Shown: positions 12,880 through 24,585 of the stretch, one piece after another | Layout: each line of letters begins with the position of its first letter | Numbering within the stretch: the stretch's first letter is position 1 | Origin: Camelus dromedarius | Lineage: Eukaryota | Assembly (NCBI RefSeq): GCF_036321535.1 | Contig: NC_087447.1 | Coordinates: 45,012,001-45,076,000 of the forward strand | Reading direction: 5' to 3' | Length of the DNA: 64,000 bases | Position numbers and translations under genes: made by a program | Notes under the pieces: generated by a model | Told to the model about the DNA's origin: nothing | What the model saw: only the letters and a program-made list of their open reading frames with translations | The model's database searches: none

Positions 12880-13780
12880 TCCCTCCACTAAAGTAACATT
12901 TATTAGTGTATTTTTAAAATTTATTAATATGAGCATATACCTAGGTAGATGTTTTAATAGAAATGCGACGATGTATCATTACACATATATCGCTGTGTTT
13001 ATAATTAAGAGTATACAATTAGCACATTAAATGTTCTTCCAAAAGACGATTTTTAAGTCTGCATAAATGTTTATTAAATAGATAGAGTATTTTAAAATAT
13101 TTTTCTATCTTTTCATGTCCAGTGGGTTTTTTAAAATTATTAAATAAAAATGCTACAGCAAATATATTCACGAATCATATATGGCACTCTGGTCTTATTA
13201 TTTACTTAAAACAAATTCCTAGTAGTGTATAAAATCTCCATTCTATTATGCCAAGGACAATTTTATCTTCAGAAAGTCTATACCAGTTTTATTGGAGAAA
13301 GTGATATATCAGTGATGCTTATATTTAGAGTAGCTTGATAACTAAAGATATCGTTTAAAAAATTAACAAACAGAAACCTTAATTAAATAAAGTTGAGAGA
13401 CCAGAAGGAGAAGCTCTCACACCCTAAGATGATTAACAGAGCCCAACAAGAAGAAAAACCCCTATTCTATTCTGGCAAGGACTCAGCTAATAAAAAACCA
13501 TGGAGTCTGTGTTTACTATGGCCCTCCTAACTTCCTTTTCCCCTCTACAGAAGTGTTCTCCTTCCCTTGATATGCAGGGATTTACACCTGGCTCACCATG
13601 ACTGCAGAGCCCAAACCACAATTCCCTGGTAATCCCAGAGAGACCTATCTTTTTTGGAGAAGTATCTGTCAGTCTATTTGTTTCAGGTCAACAATACCGA
13701 TTTTTTTTCTAGCCTTATTGTACTCAGTTCTGAAATGCTTTCATTATTTTTCCTATGGACCTGGTTGAGGTTTTCTTTTT
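12880..13780 (-). mobile_element. Ancient L1 3' fragment, interrupted by an LTR at 13352-13693
   Basis: Decayed antisense L1 3' motifs ('aaatgctacagcaaatatattcacg', 'aaattcctagtagtg', 'tataccagtttt'). Confidence 0.45.
13352..13693 (+). mobile_element. Solo ERV1-type LTR
   Basis: Ends 'ggagaagtatctgtcagtctatttgtttcaggtcaaca', an ERV1 LTR U5-like end; near-TSD atat/atac. Confidence 0.6.
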
Positions 13781-14923
13781 GATCTAATATCATTTCCTTG
13801 AGAACATGAAGGAACACATTTTAGACAGAGAAGAAAAGCTAGGATTGTGTAGTATCACAGAAGTCACGGTAGGCAGATTGCGGAGAAGTAGAGTGCACAA
13901 TAATACAACTTGTTGTAACGTAGTCCAATTAGACAAGATTACTGGTGGCTTTGATAACAGACTCTTTACTGGAAACTTCAACTTGTAGTTGAAGCCAGAT
14001 TATAAAGGTGGGAAGAAATAGAAATTGAGAAAGCAGAAATAATTAGTTTCAAAAATATTTTCCAGAAACTTACATGAAAGAAGAAAAGTCACTAATATTA
14101 AAGGAATTTTTGCTATTGGGTAAAAAAGCCATAAGTTAAAACACACTGTAAATATGAGAAATAGAAGAAGTGAATGATGGTCTGAGCTCCCAAGAGCATA
14201 TTTTGAGAACTTTGGTTGATCAGAAAAAGGAATTAGCAATAAGCAAATACAGTAATAAATGGGAAAATAATGGCTGTACATGTCAAAAAGATTAGAATTT
14301 GAGAGGGTTCACTTTCTAATAATTTCATTTTTCTTTATGGGACAGACATTAATGGAATATTGAAAACCATGAGGGGCAGGAGGTGTACAAGAGAACTGAG
14401 GATGGCTAAAACATATTATTATAAACCATGTAGTAGGTAAAAACATAGCCATGTAATGAGATCCCAGTTAAAAGCTGAAATTATGAACAAATGTTGCTTG
14501 CAATCTGCATATGTGTTTACTTTCTTCAGAAGCGGTCCACAGTCTCAGTATAGCAACATATGACACAGAGCACAGAATTGTTCCAGGGTTGGGGTTGTAA
14601 GGCTTTTGCGCTAGTAAGACGATAATTTTGAAGCATAAAATAGAAACTTAGTTGATGAACCATGGTGTTTAGAATTGTATAAAATTCTTTAAAATTTGTG
14701 CAGAATATCTCCACTTGAGGATTATAATAAAAAATTAAAACCAGTGCCACTCCATGGACTGACAGTCTTCCTATAGAACCGTGTGATGATTGGAAATGGT
14801 CTAGAAGTTACTGTGAAGGACATCATAACTGGTTAACATCTCTTTCCCATCTGAAATACTGAGGACTGCTTAATCTTGAAAAGTTTCATATCATTTGGAC
14901 TAAGTCCCTTCTGTACTCCTGGA

Positions 14924-15890
14924 TCACTCAGATGACTTGACCCCAGTTCCATGCCCCTTTTGAAACACCCTGACAACCCTTTCCCGTATTTCTTTGGTCT
15001 TAGCTCCATATACTATAGGGTTAAGAGCAGGTTGGAAGAGCAGATAAACATTGGCCAAAAGAATGTGAATATGGAGTGGAACATGATGACCAAAACTATG
15101 GGTAAAAAAGGAGAAGAGGGCTGGTGTATAAGAGATTAGGGTAACACAGACATGGGAACCACAAGTCCCCAGGGCCTTGGACCGAGCTTCGTGGGATGAG
15201 AGACAAAGAACAGCTCATGCAATAAGGACATAGGAAAGACCAATGCAGAGCAAGTCAACCCCAATGACCAACAGTGCTGCTGTCAGCCCATACACACGGT
15301 TGGGCCTGGTGTCTCCACAGGCTAGCTTCACTACGGCCATGTGCTCACAGTACGTATGTGGGATCACATGGCTTTGGCAGAAGCTCAGACGCCCAATGAG
15401 GAAAGGACATGGGAGCATGAGAATGGAGCCCCGCACCATAGCTGCCACTGCAATGCGGACAATGATGGTGTCAGTGAGGATAGTGGCATAGTGGAGTGGG
15501 TGGCAAATAGCCACATAACGATCAAAGGCCATGGCCAGCAGCATAGTGGACTCCATCATCATGCAGAAAGCATGAATGAAAAACATCTGTGCCAGGCATG
15601 CAGAGGCAGAGATGTGCCCAGCTCCACACCAGAGGATGGCCAGCAGCTTGGGGACTGTAGAGAAAGAGGCAGCCGAGTCAATGGTGGAGAGCATGCACAG
15701 GAACAGGTACACAGGCTTGTGCAGGACTGGTTCAGTGGCAACAACAACCAGGATGGTTACGTTGCCCACAATTGTGGCTGTGCACAGGCAGCACACAGGG
15801 AGTGAGAGCCATAAGTGGAACTGCTCCAGACCTGGGATGCCCACCAGGAAGAAAACAGGAGTCCAGGTAAGTGTAATTAGGAGACTTCAT
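14924..15890 (-). pseudogene. OR52P1: OR52P1 pseudogene (2-nt deletion near the N-terminus plus a premature TGA)
   Basis: MKSPNYTYLD/..[82 protein letters not shown] matches recalled OR52P1. Frameshift near 15858, in-frame TGA at 15215-15217, original stop at 14924-14926. Confidence 0.9.
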
Positions 15891-16669
15891 GGTTTGGCCA
15901 AGAATTCTGGGCATCTTCTTAGGTCAGAATCCCTCACATAGTATCACATCATCTGAAAAGACAACACACAACAGGATGTGAATGAGCCTAGAGTAACACA
16001 TCTGTTTCTTACACCCGGTGTGCATGTATCCAAATAGAAGAGAAAGAAACTCTCCTGCTCCTTAATGGATCAGATACTGCATGTGTGTAGTTATTGAAAA
16101 AAACAAACATCAGGGAAGAATTTTCCTTTTGGGACTGCACAGAAAATCTTTCCTTACCATGTAGGTGAGTTTAAGAGACAGCCCAATACCAGATAGCCCA
16201 AACATGTAGGTAAACAAGATCAGCTATTGCGTTTGTTCTCACAGACACAGGGACTAACAGGAGGAAGGAAGGTTGGTGACAAATGCTAGTCTCATCACAG
16301 CTCAAGGCCAGTAAATCACGACCTCCACAGTAGATGGGACAATGTGGCTTCTCCCAGTAGGTGCTTATGTAGAGTCTTGTTGCACACACAGCTCTCTGAA
16401 CTTATACCTGAGAGGTAAAGATGGCAAATATTTAAGTTGTTGATCAATTTGACTTAGGATCTTATTAAGATAAAAGTTTGGACTCGTCCAAAAATGTAAA
16501 CATTATGCACGTGCTTTGAGCTCTCTAGAACTCCATCTAATATCCAGGAAAGGGTGTATTCCAGACTCCATGTTTGCCTTCACATATTGTTTGAAGAGGC
16601 AAGAATATTTTAAAAGCACAGAATCTTGAAGTTTTTAAAGCTGGAAGTTGTGGTGGTAAAAAAGAGTTT

Positions 16670-16890
16670 AGGATCCATGAAATTGGGAACAAATCTTTGT
16701 TATTTACCTCTTACTGGTTGTGTTGCCTTGGACAAGTCAATTTTCCTCTGAAACAGAACAGTTTTCTGATCTGTAATATTGTAATAATGCTTTGTGAGGT
16801 TGTTGAAATTTGAAAAAAAACTACCTAGTACACTTTGTGGCTTATAGAAGGTGCTCAGTAAATAATGACATTTACTATTATCATTGCCTT
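16670..16890 (+). mobile_element. MIR SINE
   Basis: 'tactggttgtgttgccttggacaagtcaa..ttttctgatctgtaa..tttgtgaggttgttgaaa..tagaaggtgctcagtaaat' follows the MIR core and 3' consensus. Confidence 0.6.
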
Positions 16891-17649
16891 CATATTAGTA
16901 GGAAAGTGATCTCATATCCAATACGGAATCCTCACAGTTACCTCAACCAACTAGAAACTAGTCTTACCTTGAATATTTATATAATGAGTGTTTACACAAT
17001 GAGAATTATAGGGTAAATCTGCTGATAAAATAAACGTTGGTTATAATTTTTTCTGTCTGACCTCTACAGTTACATGACAATCATTAGAAGACCAGAAAAC
17101 AGCTTTCCTGTCTGCTCTTAGCCAAACCACTAAGCACTCAGCTCTGGTTTTATGACACGTATTTGCTTGCTGAGCTAATGTGAGCCCCTGTTCAACATGG
17201 ATAATGGTGCAGGAATCAGATGTAGAAGCAGAAAAGCCCTGCTCACTGCACCGCTCCAACCCCTTAGTTTATGCCAGACCTTCCTACAGTTTTCAGTCTT
17301 GTCACAAATTCACTCACTGTCAGCCAGAAGGCTTAACTTGAGGATTGTTCATGGAGTTTTATTTCTGCTTTTTAAGTCCCTGACTTTCTGCCTTGTGACT
17401 TTTTCTTGTAGAAGTTGGACTGAGCAAACATTACCACATGTCACTAGAATAGATTGGCTCCTAATTTGATTGATGCAAGTGACCATTACTTGCAGTTCCT
17501 GTAGTTTCTTTCTAAGGAATCCCAACCTTTGCAGTTGCCATCACCTTCATAGGGCCATATACTCTTATCATCTCCCTCACTCCCATTATCATCCCTTTCC
17601 CACCCAACTCACAGGAATAGTCTGTTGTCTCACACTATCTCTTTCATAA

Positions 17650-18977
17650 AATATCTTATGATATTGATAAATATTTGTGAACATTCTTTCTCACACCTCA
17701 GTTTGAACCTGTCCCTCTGACTAAATTTCCATTCCAATTCTTATTGTGATATTAAAGCCAATGCTCTCAGTAAGATAAAAATTTCTGACATCACAATTTG
17801 GAGAAAGATATGATGGAGAAGAATTTTCCATACCTGAAACTGCACCACGAACCGAAGGCTGTCATTCTGTCTGGACAAGAGCACAATTAAACTGAGGCCC
17901 CTTCTGCCCGTTTTAAGAAGCTTGGACCATGGGAAAGCTCAGTGGAATCATTAAGGTTCTACAAATTCCCTCTGCCCAATTTATTGCTTTTTATCTCTGC
18001 AGTGTGTCACTAGGCACACAGATTACCTCTCAGGTGCTTAGTGAGCAATTATTTCTTGTTAGTAATTTGAGGACTACCACAGTAACTGTCCTGAATTTTT
18101 CTTTGTAGCACCTCCCATTTCCCTGGTTTGACTAACATACCATTTGCTTCTTCCTTTGTTGGAGGCTCCCCACTTGGCTCCCCTTTCCAACCACTGAGCC
18201 TAAGTCAAAGTAAAACTCTCCGTTTAGGAAGTCTGCTAAATAAAGCTCCAAACTAGTTTACACAGAGGTGTCATTTAGCAAAGTCCCCTTTCCTGACCTC
18301 TAAATCTCGTTCTTCCTGTTTTAAAGTAAATTCCCCACTGCCAGTCGTACAGATGGACTTTTCTTGAGGGCTCTTTTCCAGACATTTTCCCCAGCCCAAA
18401 CTCACATAACTCCAGGACAGTAGGAAAGAGAAGGCACGGCACTGCAGAAATACCCTTGGAAGATCGAAAGAGCATCGCTAGCCTCCCACCTCGACTATCT
18501 GAATACTGGGCCAGGAGGTTGTTTTACCGATGAAACCCACCTCACCATCCCACTGCGGAGTTAGGTGGTTTGCGCTGGGTTTATGGCTAGAGCCATCTAG
18601 GTAGTTTCTGTGTTCCCCAGGAAACTGAACATCCAAGTGTTTCTTCTGTAGTTTATCAGATTGGAATATAGAGGTGAAGGCACAGGGTTCTGTTAAAGAG
18701 TCAGGGAAGGAGTATTTGTAGTCTACTCCCTTGGAACTCTATTTTTGTTTTGGTTTTAATCTTCCACCTCTCAGCACTGGGGCTGTTTATCTAAGGGCAT
18801 CTAACAGTTTACAGCCCCTGAGGCCACAGGTGCTACCGCTATCTGCTCTGGAGCCCTCTCCATTTCTAACGCGGCTCCATTTCCCAAGGCCCCCAGGATG
18901 GCTATGCTTTCACTCCCAGTTCTTTCTAGATTGTCCAAGGCCTGTTCTGCTATGTTTACTCCTTCCTGGGACTCCAC
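17650..18977 (-). mobile_element. Probable decayed ERV internal remnant (leader/gag) next to an LTR
   Basis: Directly abuts the LTR end; the LTR has no matching TSD (ccac versus atat). The minus-strand 'aaaggggactttgctaaatgacacctctgtgtaaactagtttg' resembles the ERV1 matrix start. No ORF remains and the boundaries are uncertain. Confidence 0.35.
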
Positions 18978-19514
18978 TGTTATAGAGAGTTTACTGCTCA
19001 TGTCCTCAGACTGGCCACCGTTACATAGCTGCAGAGTGGCTTTGTGAGATGCTTTGTCTTTTTTATTTTATTTTTTTAAGGGTGAGGGTTACAGGATACA
19101 TGATCAGCTCAAGGACATTCTTCTGATTGGTTGGTATTTAGGAAATCTCAATTACCAATTTTCTGGTTCCAACCAGTTTTGGGTCTACATGCTAGTGGTC
19201 AGCATGCAGTTAACTTCCTCCACCTAGTGGGGGCTTTAGCATCTGCAAAACAACTCAAAACTATGGCTCACGGTATTATCTCTAGTCCTTGAGGAGGAAC
19301 CAAGGGTCCTTGATTTTGTTTTTGCTTTATGGTCCATTATTTTGTCTTGCTTGACTGCTTTTCTTAGTTTCTGCATTTTCTCACTTCTTTGATTAAATTT
19401 GCTCTTTAGAACTCAGGGAAGGCCTAGGAGGCTAAAGATTTTCTACAAACAAGAGACAGGAGGACAGAGGGAGTCTGTCTCTGGCAAGGCCCTACAGGGT
19501 CCTGCTCAGTTTCA
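18978..19514 (-). mobile_element. ERV1-type LTR
   Basis: tgttatag...cagtttca termini. Shares 'ttctgattggttggt', 'tctacatgct..ggtca', 'gcatctg.aaa.caactca' and 'gggtcctgct' with the LTR at 8739-9231. Confidence 0.7.
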
Positions 19515-20397
19515 ATATATTTTACCCTTCTTTCTTAGCAACAGTGAAGGATCAGGCAATTATTTTTCAAGAACTGAAGATCTTTATGTTTATTGTCTCT
19601 GTGACAAGTGAGAAAAAATTGTAGGCTGGGAACATGGATAAATTAAATATGTGATGCTAGCTATTGACATTTTGGAAGGTAATGATTTTTGAAATAAATG
19701 GTACACATATAATAATTGACATTTGAAAGTTCAATTGAGACAACTATACATTGACAGTAGGCTATTAATATAATTGTGTAATATTTTCTGTAGATGTTAC
19801 AATTATCAGTACTGACTTAGAGGTAAGAGTTGTGGTTGAAGAACAAGAGGTCAGAGGTCTTGACATTGGAGAGAAACAGACAGGTTTAGTTGGTGGAAGA
19901 GAAGAATCAGAGGTTAAGAGAGTGTGCAGGTACGAAATGGTCCTTGGAATGGAAAAATTCAACAAACTGTGAAATCAGCTCATCTTCATGAATATTTAAT
20001 TTACCCAAAAGGGTGACAGGAGTGAGTATAGAGCAGAAAATAATCTATAGTTCTTCTGTATCTTTAATGGTAACTCATTTCTCTATTCATATTTACATTC
20101 CCATTCTGCCTTTAGTCTTGTTAGTTCCAGAATAAATAGAGACTGGTTAGTACCCTATTAATTATTTTCTTCTTTATGTACTTATCTTAAATCTAGTCCA
20201 GTTTTAAAGATATGGAAGAATCCAACTTAAATTCTATGTAATCTTTTGTAGCAACTTAAGTGAATTGATTTTATGAGTGTCACATTTTAAGTGATTTAAG
20301 TATGGCTAAGAGAGTGATCTGTAAGTGATGCTTCTCTCTAAGTTTTAGATCTCAGATTATAAGAATTTTAGTTGTAATAGTCAGTTAGGGTCAGATA

Positions 20398-20970
20398 TGT
20401 ACGGGAGCAAAATTTGCCACAGTAAAATGTATCTCTTTGGCATGAGGATTAACTTAGGCTTATTATTTTAAAGAAACAGAAGACTCAGAAGTTTTCTTGC
20501 TACCTCTCCTTTAACTACCTAAAATAATTTAGATAACAGGTTTATTCCCGAAATAGAGCTATCACCAGAGATATCTGCAAAGAATATGGGCTCGGTGTGG
20601 TGGTGGGGGAACTCAGCAGAGCCTGAAAATCAGAGTCCACTCTGTGTCCTATTGTCTCTGCATGACTGTCTCTGTTTCCTGAACACTTGTTTACCAACCA
20701 TTTGCTTTTTCATCTCTATGCAGATTTCCTTCCTCCCCTTTGAAGTTCCAAACAGTCATCCCCAATACCGTTTTTTGTCTTTAGCTGAAGATGATATTTA
20801 AGGTAAGGATTTTGGCCATTGTGGTGAGTCATTTGGTTTTCTGGGTCTCTCCCATGTATGCATGTTACTAAACTTTTATTTTCTCTTGTTAATCTGTCTC
20901 ATGTCAGTTTAATTCTTAGACCAGCCAGAATAACTTCGAAAGAGTAGAGGAACATTTCTTCCTCCCCAGC
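20398..20970 (+). mobile_element. MER34-like ERV1 solo LTR
   Basis: The 5' end 'tgtacgggagcaaaatttgccacagtaaaatgtatctctttggcatgaggatta' resembles the MER34 start; the 3' end reads 'tgttaatctgtctcatgtcagtttaatt..agagtagaggaacatttcttcctcccc'. Confidence 0.7.
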
Positions 20971-22282
20971 TGATACTACATGAGAAGCAAAACAGATCTT
21001 TAACTAAGGGATGTATAAAAACAACAAGATTAACAGCTAATAATCATTCATCTCAAATTTTAGAATAAGAACTGGAATGAGGCATGCATATTTTTTTTTT
21101 AAACACAAAGAACGTGCAGAAAATACTTAGACTAAGAACATTTAATATTTATATTCATATACTATGCAGCCGACCCTGAGGACCCTGGTTTGTGGTGCTC
21201 AGTTTAAGTGCAGACTTTATTTTAATAGCACTACAGGTGACCTGAAGCAAATATTTCAGGAATCGTTATATTCTAACAGAGTATCATAAACATTTAGGAG
21301 TTTTCCTTAAATCATATGATGGAAATAATATTCTGTGATAGTATTAATGAATTTAGTGACACAGTTCTCAGGGTGTTTTCTACAGTGGGTTTCTAATGTA
21401 ACTAAGAAACTCCTAGCCATATGAGTAAAAAGAAATTCTGTTACCGTCTTAAACTCTTCTCCTTGTTTGTGCAGGATCTACAGATCCTCTTCAGCAAACC
21501 CATGTAGGATGCTGCTAGCTTGTATCAGAACTGTCCAGTGTCCTCAGTGTCTGTACAGGCATAAGTGCAAAGTTCCATCTAAGTGCACTCTGTATCATTG
21601 TTTCCAAAGGAGAATTGTTCCCTCTAGTATGTAGTACAAAATGCTAGTGACAGTGTTAATTTTATTTATTCAGGTAAATATTCTTCTCTTTTGTGTTGGT
21701 TCCCATTGTCCACCCTGCACCCCCATACACATACACACTCTATTATAAAGATTAGCTTCCTTTTAGTAGTCTAAGTTTAATGCAGATTTCTATCATTTTG
21801 CAGACATATGTATTTCAACTTCCTATAGGAATTATTAATTATCCCTATGACTACAATAGCTCCGAGGGCTTTCTGAATATCCTTTTACATCATAACATTA
21901 ATTTCTCTAACATACGGGACCATAAGTAGAGGCTATAGGCATAAATTGAATGTACGTGACTTTTAAAAAGAAACAGATGAAATGGACAACATGTGGTGGA
22001 GGGAAGAATAGGTAAAGATTAGTGGGAGGATTTCTTGATTTAACTACTGCTTGGAATGTCTGTAGATCTTTGGAAGGAAAGAAATTCTGCTTAATATATG
22101 ATAGAGATGAAGAACGAATTAGTAACCCAGTGGACTAATTTGAAGTAAATGCTTTGTGACTAAAAGCAATTCCATCTACACACGAGGGCTGGTTGTAATG
22201 AAAGATGCACAAATCATGTAAAAACCTCAGAAGACTGTCCATCAAGCACACAAATACCTAACTTGATAGAGAGTGGGAGTCT

Positions 22283-23050
22283 GTTTTGTGTGTCAGTCTC
22301 AACCTCTGGATAACCAATGTTGTGGCTGGACCCACCTTTGTGGTTCCTAGTAGGATTGCAAGATATCCTCAGCAATAACCATCAGGAAACTTTGTGGGGA
22401 AAACAGTTTATTACTTACGAGTCCTAGAAGTTACACGGCACACTTGGGGCCTCACAGTGAGGTAGAGAGAGAGGATGTGGGACTCAGGTTCTGCTTTTAT
22501 GGGGATCAAAGGTGAGGGCTTAGGATTTTGGAGGCTCACTCTTTATTGGTGAATTTAAAACATAGGAGCAGAAATTTAAAGCATGAGAAGAGGAAAAACA
22601 AGGGGCCAGGATGCCCATTTATCAAAAACAACCAAGATCTCTAAAACAAAGGAGTCTGGAGTGGGCTGGATGTGGCCTCCCTCTTCATCTAGTCCTCTGG
22701 GTGGCAATGTGTTTATTTGAGATAGCAATCTTTGAAGTGGATGTCGAGGGCATCAAAGCTCAGGGCAGACACATGCATTACCAAAAAAAGGAGAATAGCC
22801 AACTGCCAGAGCTTATCCTACAGAGGCAGCCACCTAACGGTGCCCTTATTTGGAAGCTATATCTTTCATATTTTGTCCAAAAAACAGAGGGCTCCAGTGG
22901 TGAGAAACAGGATCAAAACCAGAGAGTGGATCTCTGAAAGAGAGAAAAGTGAAGAAACTCAAAGGAGATTCCCACCAGCCCCCTCCTCCCCCATAGCTCA
23001 GCACTTCTGCGGTGAGGGGTGTGTAAGCATATTTCCTCTCTCTGTATATA
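22283..23050 (-). mobile_element. LTR-like element (family unresolved)
   Basis: 'cagtttattacttacgag', 'ctgcttttatgggg' and 'gaagttacacggcacacttggggc' resemble the antisense of an old LTR. Boundaries are approximate. Confidence 0.4.
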
Positions 23051-23460
23051 GGAAGCTTCCCAATGAGAAGATTATGGTTCTTCTATCAGGTTCTTCCATC
23101 TTTAGTCAAGGATGAAAATCTTTTCTCCTATTCTTACTCAGAACTGCAAACAATATTTTTGAAGTATAGAATTGCTGGACTGGGAGGGCTGAAAGTCAAA
23201 GTCCACTAGAGATTGTCTTATACAGAAGAGAAGCCTGAGGCTCATAAAGAACTGAATGTGAAAATAATACAGGTGCTTAGAGATAGAACTAAAGCCATAC
23301 TGAAGATTCCATGATTCCACAGAAGTAGTCTTCCATCTTTTTCTGAGCCCTATCTCAAGTGAGTCAAAAAAAGCAAAACTGGTATTAAAAAACAAAAAAC
23401 AAAAAACCCACCTGAGTCTCATTGTTAAACTTTCTTGAACAACCACCAACAGTTTCTGCT

Positions 23461-24105
23461 ATGCGAATCTTCAGCCATTCCAGCTTTATGAACTTCACTT
23501 GGATGGGCACACCTGGCTTACAGTCATAGCACTTACGGCTGTCTCTTTCTTTCTCCTCCATGTTTTTGGCTATCTTCAATGGCAATGGTGTTATCCTCTT
23601 TCTGGTGGCCACAGAGCCCACATTTCACACACCAATGTACCTGCTCCTGGCTCTGCTGATGGTGGCTGGCTGACGTCACATCCACTGACTCTATTGCCTA
23701 AGCTCCTCTGCCTCTTCTGGTTCAGTGATCAGGGTATGGCTGCCAATGCCTGCTTCACCCAGATGTTTTTCATCCATGGAGCATCTGTGGTACGATCAGC
23801 CCTACTTGTTGCAGTGGGCCTTGACCACTATGTGGCTGTGTATGAGCCATTATGCTACATCACGATTCTAAGCCATTCCTTGTTGGACACGTGGGACTGG
23901 TGGCTCTAGCCAAGGGTGTGATTCTTATCCTGCCAATGCCTCTCCTACTTCAAAGGTTGACCTTGTGCCACCTGGTCATTCCTCATACCTACTGTGACCA
24001 CATGGCTATGGTGAAACTGGCCTATGATGATGCCAGACCTAACCATATCTATGGGCTCTTTGTGATTCTTCTTGTGGTTGGACTGGATTTACTGCTCATT
24101 AGCCT
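23461..24105 (+). pseudogene. OR52-family pseudogene, truncated after TM5 by L1 (by synteny possibly the Or52ac1 ortholog)
   Basis: ATG 23461 MRIFSHSSFMNFTWMGTPGLQS* (TAG 23527-23529), then GNGVILFLVATEPTFHTPMY, frameshifts, CFTQMFFIHG, LDHYVAVYEPL, HTYCDHMAMVKLA and [22 protein letters not shown]. It then runs straight into L1. Confidence 0.85.
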
Positions 24106-24585
24106 GCAAATGATAAATGCTGGTGACAGTGAGAAGAAAAGGGAACCCTTCTACACTGTTGGTGGGAATGTAGTTTGGTGCAACCATTGTGGAAAATAGT
24201 ATGGAGATTCCTTAGAAAACTGAAAATAGACTTACCCTAAGCTCCATCAATCCCACACCTGGGCATATGTCCAGAGGAAACTCTAATTCAAANNNNNNNN
24301 NNNNNNNNNNNNNNNNNNNNNNNNNNNNNNNNNNNNNNNNNNNNNNNNNNNNNNNNNNNNNNNNNNNNNNNNNNNNNNNNNNNNNNNNNNNNNNNNNNNN
24401 NNNNNNNNNNNNNNNNNNNNNNNNNNNNNNNNNNNNNNNNNNNNNNNNNNNNNNNGCAACATGAAGGGGTTGGAGATTATCATACCAAATGAAGTAAGCC
24501 AGAAAGAGAAAGAAAAATGTCATATAGTATCACTTATATGTGGAATATAAAAAAGGGACACAAATGAATTTACTTACAAAACAGA
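24104..24585 (+). mobile_element. L1 3' fragment (ORF2 C-terminus and start of 3'UTR), containing an N gap
   Basis: 'aaaagggaacccttctacactgttggtgggaatgta', 'agtatggagattccttagaaaactgaaaatag', 'gaagtaagccagaaagagaaag..tcacttatatgtggaat'. Confidence 0.85.
24293..24455. other. Assembly gap or masked run, 163 N
   Basis: N run inside L1. Confidence 0.95.
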
